Source: Zygnema circumcarinatum SAG 698-1b
Lineage: Eukaryota > Plantae > Zygnematophyceae
Assembly (NCBI GenBank): GCA_037447605.1
Contig: CM074807.1
Location: forward strand, 1,240,001 to 1,304,000
Reading direction: 5' to 3'
DNA length: 64,000 bases
The notes under the pieces are model-generated. The model made no database searches. It was not told where the DNA came from and saw nothing but the letters and a program-made list of their open reading frames with translations. Shown here in pieces: positions 35,486 to 47,481 of this stretch (the first letter of the stretch is position 1; the number at the start of each line of letters is the position of its first letter). Position numbers and translations under genes: made by a program.

Positions 35486-36563
35486 GGCGTGCATACAGAT
35501 GGCGTATCCGTCCACGTGGTGCCTCAGAAAGCACCCAAGAAACGAAGCGCGTACGACGTGGACGTGACAAGCACGAGCTGCCACGTGTCGTCGTTTGTCA
35601 TATTTTGTTGTTTACCCCATTTTCCTTGTCGGGTAACAAGGAAAGTTCAGTCATGTGAGATGACGTCATCAAATTTGAACCACGTCAGCAAAAGTTGGGG
35701 AAAGTTGAAGCAAGTTGTTGCCCCATGAAAGCGCGCCCTTGTTTCGTCCCTAGGTCCTTTGTTGAGCGGTTGGCTTCTCGTGGTTCCCCATGTTGTATGT
35801 AGTGCATGCCCATCAACATTTCACGCCATCGCCATCATGAGAACCGAACCATGCATGTTCTATCACCGCGGATGCCCATCGATGAACCCATTAGCCAATT
35901 CGCAAGCGAACAGCACACCGTACAATAATAGGTGGTAACAATGGTTCTTGCACTCATTATTCATGCCACTGTGTGACTTCAGGAATAAATGAACGACAGA
36001 ACAAAGAACACTAATTTTGTTGCTCAACAACTTATTTTCAGAAGGTCAGGACTACAAAATTTTGATCTACAGCCCTGAGCTCGTCTTCCATGGGCCACTC
36101 CCCCTCTGTTGCGAGGCGGAGGGGGGGCCCAAAAGAATGCTTTAATGCTTCAGAGCTAGCCAGCTTTTTTACAGAATCTGCTCCCTACTCTACCCTGCTC
36201 CTGCAACCCTGCTGTCCCCTGCCAAATGTGCTCAAAAGGGCAGTAGAGTCCTACAGTCTGCCTGTCCTGATAAGCACCTCCCCCAACACTCATGCTGCGC
36301 TACCAAATGCCCATTTACCCAATCTGAGTCGTCAAAATTACAAATCTGCCCTTCCGATCCCTTCCCAGAGCTGATGACAAATAAGGCCGAGGGAACTTCC
36401 ACTACCAAAGACATGTCTTTCATAGGCAAAAACCACTTCCCAAAACTGAATTGAGTAAGCAGGACCCCGAGATGAATACGGCGTGAGGCCCTGTGCCTTC
36501 GTGGGGCACAAAATCTTGATCCACTTTCCACTCCAAGCTGCTGCACTCGACTTTTATTCCATT

Positions 36564-39500
36564 CTAAACAGGCGGCAAGGGTCGTCTACAGGTGGGACAC
36601 TCCATTTTTATATCCATCCACCGCTGCAAACAACCCGTATGAAACAAGTGTTCACATGGTGTCACCTGCATTCCTCCAATCCATCCGCACTTAGTCAGAA
36701 CAGGAAACTCACCCCCCCCCCCCCCCCCCCCCCCCCCCNNNNNNNNNNCCCCCCCCCCCCCCCCCCCCTCCAACTGAATTTTCTGCCTTTCCAGACCCCA
36801 CAGCTGCCATCCCACCCACCATGCGCTGTGTTGACCGAGGCTCCGAGTCAACCGGAGTCATGCAGATGACGCAGTCAACCGGATTCGCCTCCTCTCCACT
36901 AGAAGCCAAACTCTGTCCAGCTCTTTGTTCCAACCGACGGAAATAGCTGTACTTCTCCGGAAGGAACTGCAAATGTACACTCAACAGCAAGTCATACAGA
37001 GGCCGAGAAGCACACACCACGCTTAGGAGGCGATGTCAAGCAGCATCCTTCTATCAACTTGCTCTCATGTGCCAAATCATTACAAGAAATCTTGGGAAAT
37101 CATGGTTGGGGAGGAGGGTAAAAATCTTTTTCAGGTGTTCACCTGCCGCGGAATGAAGCAGCGTGCCCCAAAGTAATGCTGCAGAAGGAGGAGAGCTGCC
37201 TGTGCTGTGAGAGACACAACAAGAGAAATGCACCACTGGGGACTAGGCTCTACTCGCATGAAGTTTTTGGGACAGCCGAAAGTGTAGAGAGGGATGGCCA
37301 GTCGAGTAAATGTGATGCCCAGAATGTAGTGCGGATGCAGCGGTTTTCGAGCATCGCGAATGGCTGAAGTCACAATTTGGGGAATCCAGAAGGAGTAGAA
37401 GAAGAAGAGGAGGTATCGGAGCATGCTCTGCAGTTGATACATGATGAGAATCCCCCCTAGAAGAAACCCATCTGCAACACACAGTTTTCCTGGAGGATCA
37501 GTCTTTGAATTTGAGTATTGACATGGTACAAAGGAGAAGGTAGAGGCTGAGCATTAAAGTGCGTTTGCTTGCGAGTTTGAGCTATGTCCAGGTAGCTCAA
37601 GCTTATCGTCAAATGTCATTGTTATTGTCATTGTTTTTTTTTTGTCATTGTTTTTTTGCTCAGAATATTCCTCAAACCTATTGCAGGCACACCAACCTTC
37701 AACACAGATTATGAGCGGACAGGTTTTTCCCTCTTTCAAGGATATGCCATAAGGACTTTGCCACTCACAGAATCTCCCATAAAGGACTGACAGTTCTCGC
37801 CTCACTGCCTCCCAACCTTCCCCAGCATTTGCCGGTCTTCTCGCCTTCCATATGGACAGCAGGTATCGCATTTCAAATATGCTGAAGATAACAAACTTGA
37901 AGAAGGCAGCGGTGGCAAATGCATTGAACAGTGATTCTGCATGCAAAAGCATCAGGGTAAGTCAGGCAAGTGGCCAAGGTTTGAAAAGCTGCAAATTCAG
38001 AAATCATTATCAAAAACGGAACTATAAAGGTAGAGCCCAGTTACATCTCTGTCTCTGCTTTCTTTACATGAATTCTTCCACGAATGAGTTTAAGCAGTGC
38101 TCCCTTTGACCCCTCACTGTCGTCTGGGCATTATCCACCTGAGCCTTCAATTCTCACCACATATGACTACTGTTTCCAGGATGTTAGCTCCCCCTCTAAA
38201 AATGACCCGCACCTTGCCCTTGTGTTTGATACAAGCAAGCGGCCCAATCTCACAGTACAACAAAGTTGCAGCTTCACCCTTACCTACAACAATGCCAGCT
38301 GTCAGATGGAGAAGGCACAGGTATGCATCCATAATCGCCTGCTGACCGATCATAAGTAAAGACACCTTTGCTGCGCCCTGTACACACAGCAACCCCACAA
38401 TTCCCAACAATTAAGCATTTTGTGTCCTCAAGAATAATGAAGCTAGAGAGCACCCGTTTGCTCTGAATCAACAATCAGCAGCCGAGAGGGCTTAAGGTGA
38501 CGTACAGCAACTCTCTGTTACAAAGGCATTACTTACCGCCTGCGTGTTGCTATGCTCCATCTGACGAATAAGAAACAGCACTTGAAGGAAAGATATCTGT
38601 CACGATGGGGGCATTTTGGTCAAGGAACAATTCAGCACAAGACAATCCCTAGCCCTCACTCCCCCCTCACAAATTTCCTTTCCACTGTGAAACTTGAGTA
38701 TCGAGCAACTCTACATGAGCTCATAGCTCCCCCCCTTGTGTGGAGATGAATGGATACGAAAGTCACAAGGAGAGTGTAATTGATGGCCTTGTTGTAATAT
38801 GCCTCCAGATTTACGGCCGTAGCGTTTATTTTCAGAGCCACAAAGCAGCTGCCATGATGATCTCCTATTCGCGGACTTTCCAATCGGCCCCACATTTCAG
38901 TGGCTACATGCTCCTGCACTCCGTCTGAAACCCACAAACCACCATCTTGTCATCCATGGACAGCTCGTTCTGCTGGAGAGGAGAGGCAAGGTGCAGGTGC
39001 TTTACTCCGTCAAAACATGGCAGAAAAAAAAAGGCATCCAACTCGGGAAAGGTGCCAACAACAGAGTCGTTGACAAGCCGCTCTCTTTGAAAAAACGAGA
39101 CCATGTTTGAAGTGAGAAGGAGGTGCCAAAGGTCGAAAAACCATCTTGGCAGGAGAGTATGGGAGTTCCAAGCATAAGGAAACAACATGTAGCTACTACC
39201 ACTAACCTTTCCACTCCCAAAGGGCTGGTGACAACTGCGTTACAATATGGATCTCGCAGTCTTCAACGGTAGTTGCTGAACCATCCCAGAGAGAAAAAGA
39301 TTCATTATTTGCTCCCTGTCTAAGGAGTGTGCAAAGTCTAAAACGTTCTACCTAATGGCGTTCCTGATGCACAGCTGAAGTCTGTGAGAATCCCTTTCAA
39401 CTGGATATCCGGACTCCTGCCGTCTATCATTTGAGCAACGCAGGTAGAGAAATTTGAATAGACAGCAACTCCAAGCCCACACATTGAAGGCAAGACTCCA

Positions 39501-42500
39501 AAAGCACCCCACAGACCTCAAAAACCAGAGTTCCCGCTACCTGAAAAAAAAAAAAAAAACTGAAAACAAGAAAGGTAGCAAGAGTAAGCGGTGGGCAGAC
39601 ATACGATCAGGAAACCCCTGTCTATGATGATCATGGGATGGATCTTGCAATGCCTGCAGCCCAGTCTGCAGATCGCCCACCCCAATAAGCCTTGTCAAAC
39701 ATCCAGAATGCAAAACAGATCTCTAGGATAACAACAAGAATCTCTAGCAAAATGGAAACATTGCATTTATATGGAGGTGGTCGCTGCCTACAAATGCTCT
39801 GAATACACACCATTCGGTATCCGCTGCCCGGCCCAAGCTCGTCTGATTCTACTAACTCCGGCTCCGCTGAGCTGGAAGTGCACCGGCCAAGCACAAAGTA
39901 AAGATGTGTTAGGGAAAGATTACTTCTTCCAGAAGCTTATACAAGCTGCGTCAGTCAGTCAGTCAGTCAGTCAGTCAGTCAGTCAGTCAGTCAGTCAGTC
40001 AGTCGTCAGTCGTCAATAGTAGTCGGTTATAGAGACTTGCGTCTTTAAGTGTATGTATGTCAGTGAGCCTCGAAGATTCCCACACCACTTGGATCATCCA
40101 CTGCTCTAGTTGTCGACATAAATACTTTTCTATGCAGCAACAATACATTCAAATTTGCTTTAGTCGTTATCCCAATATATATCTTCTCTCCTCTCTCCTC
40201 TCCTGCCCTTAAACATGAAGTAAATTATCATCAACAGAAGCTGGTGAGGGTTCACAACCACCATCGAGAGCAAAACAGGTGCCATCAGCCCAGCAGATGC
40301 AATAACTGAGGCCTGAATTCCAAACTCGACATAACAGAGAATTCTTTCAAATTTGTGCATCGTACAGCGCTCTGTATTCGCACAATATCGGACACCAAAA
40401 CATGAGGCATTCTCCAGTTTGACAGCCTACCTGCTAAGAACCATTCTGAGCTGCCCAAATGGTCGGACAAACACGCCTTCCATCTTCAGATGCAAGTCTC
40501 CATCGGTGATGTACATACCATCCCTCAGGACAACCTCGCCCTGCCCCGCCGCCACTCTCCAAATGATTGAAAACTTGTTGCCAAGCAGGACCACTGTGGC
40601 ACACTACGGGAACTGTGTCCGGAATGATGGCCTCACATGCATCACCATTGATCATGCCGCATCTGCATCTCATGACGACCTGAAAAATTCTCCGATCCCT
40701 GCAGCTTTCGTGCTAGTAATATCATTGAAAAAGAGGGCTATGTCCATCTGATTTGATCACTACAAATAGGTGCGCCATTTGTGGAAAGTCTACCAAAGAG
40801 CTATACGGGAAGTCAAGGCTGAAGTTGTACAAGTGTGGCTAATGTGGCAGAATCGATCACGTAGATCGATTTCATATAGCTAGGGAATAGGTACCGTCAA
40901 CGCTTGGTTCGGGAGAACACAGCTTAAAGACTAAGGTATTTTCGAGGCTCACATGCACGTAATGGACTTCTCTTGTTCCCGTTGGGAAGGTTCTGAGCTG
41001 CAAGATGATGTTTCCTGAGCTCTTTCTGAGCTCCGGGAGTTGCGTTCCATTCAAGCCTTCCACCTCCCAAGTACCTGCAAACATCTCATCATGCAAACAA
41101 GCTTTTAGTTCAACGTCACTGCGTGATTCATGGCTCTGAAAGAAGAAGAGAGAGGGACACATGACTACTGTAAAGTTAAGCGAATATTAAACCTAAGGCA
41201 TGCAATCAACGTCAGCTGCTCCATCGCATTCCTAGGTTTGAGGTTCCACCACAAAGGCTTTAGAAGGTGCACTAACAGCAGAAGACCTGCCGAAAACTAC
41301 TTCCCTTACCTTTATATGTCCCGGATATGTTGGCTGGATATTGTCTCAAAGCATCAGCCTGCCCATCTTCTGCCAAAGCTGGGATCGACACCTGTATAGA
41401 GGAAACAAGAAATTATTCACTTGTACATCGCACGAATGCAGACTATAACGCCATTAAGGGGAGAACTGATCTCCTTGGAAAGAGCCGTTCCTTGTTCGAT
41501 GATTCATTCATTATGTACAGTGTCTCCTACGGCATACAAAGGTTCTCCACGACAATTGTGACACTAAAAACTGAATAATGAGCGTTCAATGTTGGCGCTG
41601 GTCACTATAGCTCAACAATAGAACAAATGCAACTAAAAATGTTAAGCATAGTCCCAACACCACTCCAGCAAGAAATCCACAACACATGAATCCACAAAGT
41701 CTTTATGAGACACCAACACGGTTAGTCTCGTTCTTGTATGACATTTACAATGCTGCACAGCACCTGCATGTTTCCCTCAGATCTTCCACACATATCAAAT
41801 GCATTCCTGAATGTCAAGAACATCCAACTTAAACACCTATTCGTAGTTGCCATCTCAGTGCACTAATCTGCCTTTCTTGTTATTCGGTTTGCTGAAATCT
41901 AAAAACCCCACACAAGCACGTCATGAATCTAGTGAAAAGGACCGAACTTAAACTGGGAACATGTTCATGGCAACAAAATCCATACAGAAAATTCTGTTGA
42001 ACCATACAATGGGGCAGAAAAATAAGTCGATATGCCCGCGCCTGATGAATTTCGATTACTTCCGTTCAGCAACATTAAGCTCCTGAATAGAAAACTTTAG
42101 ACTAGCTCCTCGCAGACAAGCAAGTATAAACTAGAGGCATGTTCAAACCTGTGGCTCGACACCAAGCACTAGGCCTATACATACGCTTTTCCGATAGCCT
42201 TCAAAGTGCACATAAGTTGGAAATTGGGCTTGATTTCTGTCAGAAAGTCTTATTATCTTATACAGGCTTGCATCTGCTAAACGCCCAATTGCCTTCACGG
42301 AAAGTTATTCTTATACAGGATCACCCAGCATTCTGAAAGATTAACAAGTTGAGTTCCGTCAGGTGAACCTATCCACTCATTTACACCTGGTATTCGCTGA
42401 AAGTAGACCAGACAGGCTCAGTCCCCGAGTTTTACTGACAGGGCCAAATGGGTTAGCTTTCAGCAGACAAAGCCAGAACCCGACGACGTGCCATAACAAC

Positions 42501-43494
42501 ACCGTCTAGTCACCAACTCAGTTCAATCACAAGCTGGCCAAAGAGCTGGCCTTTCCAATGACCTTATCGGCTAGACAGTGAGCCATTCCTATGTCGAGGT
42601 CTGTTTTCGTATTTTCTTCTTCTCACTTGCCGTTCATTCAGAAACTCATAAGCCAGGCATGGCTTGTACACCCTTATACAAAGTCTGATCGGTTGAGAGC
42701 TAGAAATCCCTCCCTTTTAAGTGATCCTAAACTTCCAATTACCAAAATAGTGATACAACTCACCAAGCCTGCTTCGTATTTCACAGCGTCGTTCCCACAC
42801 TCTTAAGTCAGTGAGTGCCACTATGTCGTGACGGCTGAACGGAACACTTACGATACTCACCGCCTTTCTTTCTTTTTATCTCTTTTGGTTGAAGTAAATT
42901 CCAAATTGGACGAACAATCAGTCCTACGGGAACACGCCTGCATGCGACCTATGGCGGCGCCAAATGCAAAGGAAGCTTCGTCCTTGCCCAAACAAGGAAG
43001 CGGACCGAAGATAGGCTTCTCACGGTTTGACGTTTCATCTCAATAAGCTGACTTGCCTATTCAATGATCTCATACAATTGATTCTCCCCCGCAGTCTAGG
43101 CCCAGCATGTGTGGTATGCCAATCGGAAACTAGTTGAGCTAGATACGGATACAAAAGAAACCAATTTTTTGAAGTTAAAACCATCAGCGTCATGTATCTT
43201 CCACTTTACGATGTTCGACGAGAAGTAAAATTAGCACTGCGTTCACAATCTATCCTCATATGATCGACCAAATGCCCCGTCAATTGCCACTGGTTCACAC
43301 TGAACTTGTAATGAAGCAAAGTGCATGCACATGCGAAGAGCCGAATCGCCTTAACGCACCCGCACACGGCTACGCACTCGATGAAGAGGCCGCGCAGCAT
43401 CCGTATGCGTGAGAGTAGGCGTCCATATCAAGAGCACAAGCAGCGGCAGCACCACCCGCTGAAGCCTTGACTGCAAAGGAGCTGCTGAGGCCAT
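36564..43494 (-). CDS. FLY1: Transmembrane RING-H2 E3 ubiquitin ligase, FLY1/FLY2 (TUL1/DSC1) family
   Basis: Exon 1 (43494-43378) is a signal peptide MASAAPLQSRLQRVVLPLLVLLIWTPTLTHTDAARPLHR. Later exons give NISGTYKGTW, VHYVHG, EAYYNKAINYTLLVTFISFLQVLFLIRQMEHSNTQAGAAKVSLLMIGQQAIMDAYLCLLHLTAG, ESLFNAFATAAFFKF, YSFWIPQI, LLLQHYFGARCF and RING DCVICM...VTPCEHLFHTGCLQRWMDIKMECPTCRRPLPPV*. A few small luminal-domain exons are not fully resolved. Confidence 0.95.
36712..36768. other. Poly-C tract containing a 10-base assembly gap (N at 36739-36748), in the last FLY1 intron
   Basis: Seen directly; the true length of the homopolymer is unknown. Confidence 0.98.
39950..40004. repeat. (GTCA)n tetranucleotide microsatellite in a FLY1 intron
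   Basis: About 13-14 perfect copies. Confidence 0.97.
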
Positions 43495-45392
43495 CCCCTA
43501 CCTCCAACTCTGAAGCTCCTGCAGTCGCTGTAGAGTAGCTGCCATGCAATAAGCGCCTCTTTCCCCTCTCCTTCCCTCCCACTCCCTCTCCCTCTCCCTC
43601 TCCCTCTCCCTCTCCCTCTCCCTCTCCACCTCCCTCCGCCTTCCTTCCTCTCCCTCTCTCCACTCGCTCCGCCGATTGCCGGGCCCTCAGAACGATCTCC
43701 AAGGTTCTCTAGGGCCGACGTGGTTCCCGCCGTACGGCGTGCGTACCAGACCCTCCCACTGGTACGACCACGTACGAATCAAGCGTACGGCGCGGTCTCG
43801 GGCTGTCTCGCACGAGCGAAATGCCGCGCTGTACGGGTGGGCCGTCCGCCGCGTGACGCGTGTCGCCGTCCATCCGTCCGTCCGTCCGTCCGTCCGTCGG
43901 CCCGCGACTGCCGACACGCCCGCTCTGACGGACGGACAGGCGACCGCCGCCCGGGGAGGGGACCTCGCCGCCGGAGAAACCCTAACTGCGGCTCTATGTG
44001 GCAGCTCTATGTTCGACGGATTTACCCGTTCTGTGGGCGTGTGTCACAGGACTGTTTGACGGTTCAGGCACGGAGAATGTGTCTTGTCGTGTCACGTTGT
44101 GTCACATCACGTCACGTTGTGGCACGTCATGTCATGTCACCTTTGGTGACCTTCCCTGGGGGAGAGGTACAGGAGCTGAGGGCGAGGACGTGACAGCACG
44201 AGAAGAGAGGGAGAGGGGGTGTGACAAGGAGTGGTAACTCGTTGCGAATGATTTGGTGGGAGGAAGGACTCCATGGGAAGCTTGAAACTGTGGCGCCTTT
44301 GCTGCAATGGGCTTAGGATTTCGGGGGTAAAGGGTGGACATTGATGTGATTATATGGCAACAGATCCTGCTTCGGGAAAGGGCACTGTCTGACTCTAAAG
44401 GTAGAGAAAAGACTTGGCTATATCAAAACGGATGACCCCATGCAAAGCCCTCGGGGACATTTTGTTCTCTACAAATCTAAGGAATCACAGACTGCTCCAC
44501 AGAATAGTCGGAACGTTTGAAGACAGCAAATGATTTGTAAAGAAAGGACGTCAAATAAGAGGATGCGTTCATATCTAGTCAGGCATTTCCAAACCTAAAA
44601 AACTGCTTCACATGTGTCCGAACCAATCAGACTGATCCATCGTCATCTGACTGCAAAAGCACGCGAAGTTTCCTTGAAGTGGCAGTTACTGGTTCTGGGA
44701 CACCACACATAACAAAGGAGTAAACTTGAATAACTTCAGAGAGCATCCAATCATGTCAAAGCTTCCAAGCAAATAAACGCACAGAAGTACAAATAAAACG
44801 ATTGATATTACTACAAATGTCACAATGAAACATACCTCCACTTGACCCGACCACAACTACCGGAAAAGTTAATCCCATCATAAGCTCCTGAACATGGTTA
44901 GCACTACCCATACTTATCAGAGCTAGCTTCACATTTAAAATCTGTATAGAAGTACAAGACTCGCAAGCCTCACATAAGCGCAAATAACTCTTGATCTAAC
45001 ACCCTTGCACCGTTATTTGTTCATTACAGTCAAGCCTAGATAGAAGCCTACCCTGATCTCCTTGAACCAATTACTCAAGTTTCTACCCAACGTCTCTCCG
45101 ATTCGGAACAGCTCAAGCTGCCTGTTCAGCGGGGCCACGCCTTCACCTGAAGGCCACAGCCGCATGGAGCTGATCATACAGAAAGGCAACAAGTTGGGAC
45201 AAGTTGTAGAGGCAACAAGTAGCTTGAACATTAGGCTAGCAAAGGATGAAATGAATCTGCAGATTGGTGTATGTACAACAGAGGGCCGCTGAAAATCCAG
45301 CAAGTCTATGCTGGACAATGTTAAGGAGAGCTGAGCAACTTCCGACTCAGTGGAATCGTCCAGTCGCCAGCACACTCGGCAACCGCTCTTCA

Positions 45393-47481
45393 CTACCAGA
45401 ACCCGCCATCATCATCATCGTCTTTGAAGGCTGTCTTCGGCAATGGACGGGTTGTCTCTTCCTCCTCCTCGAGGTCATAAGAAATTTCAGGTGGTTGAAA
45501 TTCAGGAGAATCCAGGTCGGAAAGATTCTTCAGATCTACCATGGTGAGCTCATCCAGACGACGCACCACCAAATCTGCTGCTCCCAGCTCATATGCTGGG
45601 TGAACACCAGCTACAGCCACACACTGCAATACAAATGCAGAGAACATTTGACGGTAAGAAACTGGCGCATTGTGAAGGCTTGTCACAAAGGTGGCCTGAA
45701 ATCTCAAAATGAGACCTTGTCTAGAGCTGTCAGGACACCAGAGACAGAAAAACGAACAAAAGGCCATGTAGGGAAGTGAGAACAATACCTTCATGAGCGC
45801 ATCATGCGCAGCTTCTACAGTCCTGTTGGAATTTCCAACGATAATGCACCGCTCAGATATGAACCCCAATCTGTCAGCAGCATACTGCAGGAAACAGCGC
45901 CCCACCAAAAGAACACAGTTTAGGACAAGAGAGATGACCTTAGCGAGTCCAACAACTCATGGTGGCCCGACAATGAGATCAATCCCCGTCTATCGAGACA
46001 AGATAGAATCAACAAAACTTGTGGGCATTTTCACGATAACAAAAGATCTTTAACCTAGAGCGGCAATCTAGCAATCACAAGAAACATCAGACGTCAGAGA
46101 CACGCCGACGCTCCCTGTTCAGCAGTGACATTCAGCCAGCACGTGCGATCAGAAAGCTAAACAAGCCTTCTTAAACACTAACTCCGTCTGCTACAAGGAG
46201 AGTTACAAGAAAAGATATAGGTACAACAGGCGAATCAACTTAAGCACATGCTTCTTATAAACTGCCTTATAATGTACGAGGCCCATTTCAGATTCAAAGT
46301 TCAGGCTCGTAAGACCAAACCGAATACCGATGGTCAGCCCACCAGCGACGAATCAAACATGCAGACAACATCCTTCCATTCCACAGCGCAGAATTCAAGA
46401 AAACGAAGGAATCGCAATAGCAACAGACTTAGATATGAGGGACCCGCGAGCTGCAACTCAAACAGATTTTCGTCAAGAACTTCTCCTCGACTCTGCGTAA
46501 GTCTTGACTGAACACAACAGTCACCTGGAACATTTCGGGGTCCGGTTTTCCTCGATATACGTCCTCCGACGCAATAATAATATCAAAAAACCCTTCCATT
46601 CCCACCGCCTCGATTGCCCTTTCCAGGTATTGACGCGGCCTAGTAGAGGCCACTGCAATCGGGACATTATACTTCTTCAGAGCCTCCACAAACTCCCGAG
46701 ATCCAGGACGGACTCTGTACACTCCACCTTGCATCTCCTCGTAAAGCTGCTCTTTCCTCTTCGCCAACCTCTTCATATTCTGGAAATCGCGGGTCCAGCA
46801 AAGCACCTCGGATATAGCTTGTTCATTCTTCATGCCTTCCGCTCTCTTCAGAACAAAAGCTAAAGGTTGGGGCCTCCCCTCTTCCTCAGCAAGAGCTGCC
46901 CACGCCTTCCGCTCTAACTGCGCGTCATCCTCCACAATTACGCCTTCCCACTCAAAAACGACAGACAGCCAGCCACAACCCATTCGCTCAAGGCGTTGAA
47001 GAGGATTCTTCAAGGAGATATCATCTGCTCGATTTTTTGGAGGAAGAGGCAGTGGGCGTTGCACGGGCAAGGTAGGCGGCTTTGGCCCATCCTGGAACCC
47101 GGACACACGAAGCCGACGTTCTGCCGATCCATCAAACACCGCTTCCTCCATGGCCTCCATCGCCTGTGACAAAACCGGCATCCATCCCTTTCTTCGCGAT
47201 GTGATATCCGCACCAACCGTCCTTAACCTAGCGCTGATTCCAATCTGCTTCCCAAAAAAAGACCGGGACAGCCCCTTGACAACTCTCTGCTTCTTCCAGC
47301 ACTCCATGACAGGCGCAGCCGCCCCTTGCTGGCATGTTGCCCTCAGTTCTCCCCTCCCATCCACAGGTCCTAACAGCGGCCTCATCGCCTTCCCCTCTAC
47401 TGCCCTCTGCAAGAAATCCCCCTCGCCCCGTATTCTCAAAGAAAACGACGCCCTCACCACGGTCGCCATCCTGCAATACAC
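45393..47481 (-). CDS. Plastid HAD-superfamily hydrolase, ARPP/FMN phosphatase (PyrP2-like, riboflavin pathway)
   Basis: Exons 47481-46525, 45884-45789, 45623-45393. A long basic transit-like N-terminus is followed by NPLQRLERMGCGWLSVVFEWEGVIVED, AEGMKNEQAISEVLCW, EDVYRGKPDPEMF, ERCIIVGNSNRTVEAAHDA.MKCVAV, YELGAADLVVRRLDEL. The substrate assignment is from recalled family similarity. The start may be the second Met (47469). Confidence 0.9.

Noticed and set aside
36483-37020. Poly-Pro/poly-Gly ORFs spanning the N gap
   Set aside because: Artefact of an intronic poly-C tract and an assembly gap.
46940-46965. HAD motif I reading FEWEG rather than DxD, as a sign of a dead enzyme
   Set aside because: As I recall, the same FEWEG is conserved in plant members of this subfamily, so it is not specific to this locus. 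An alignment would confirm.
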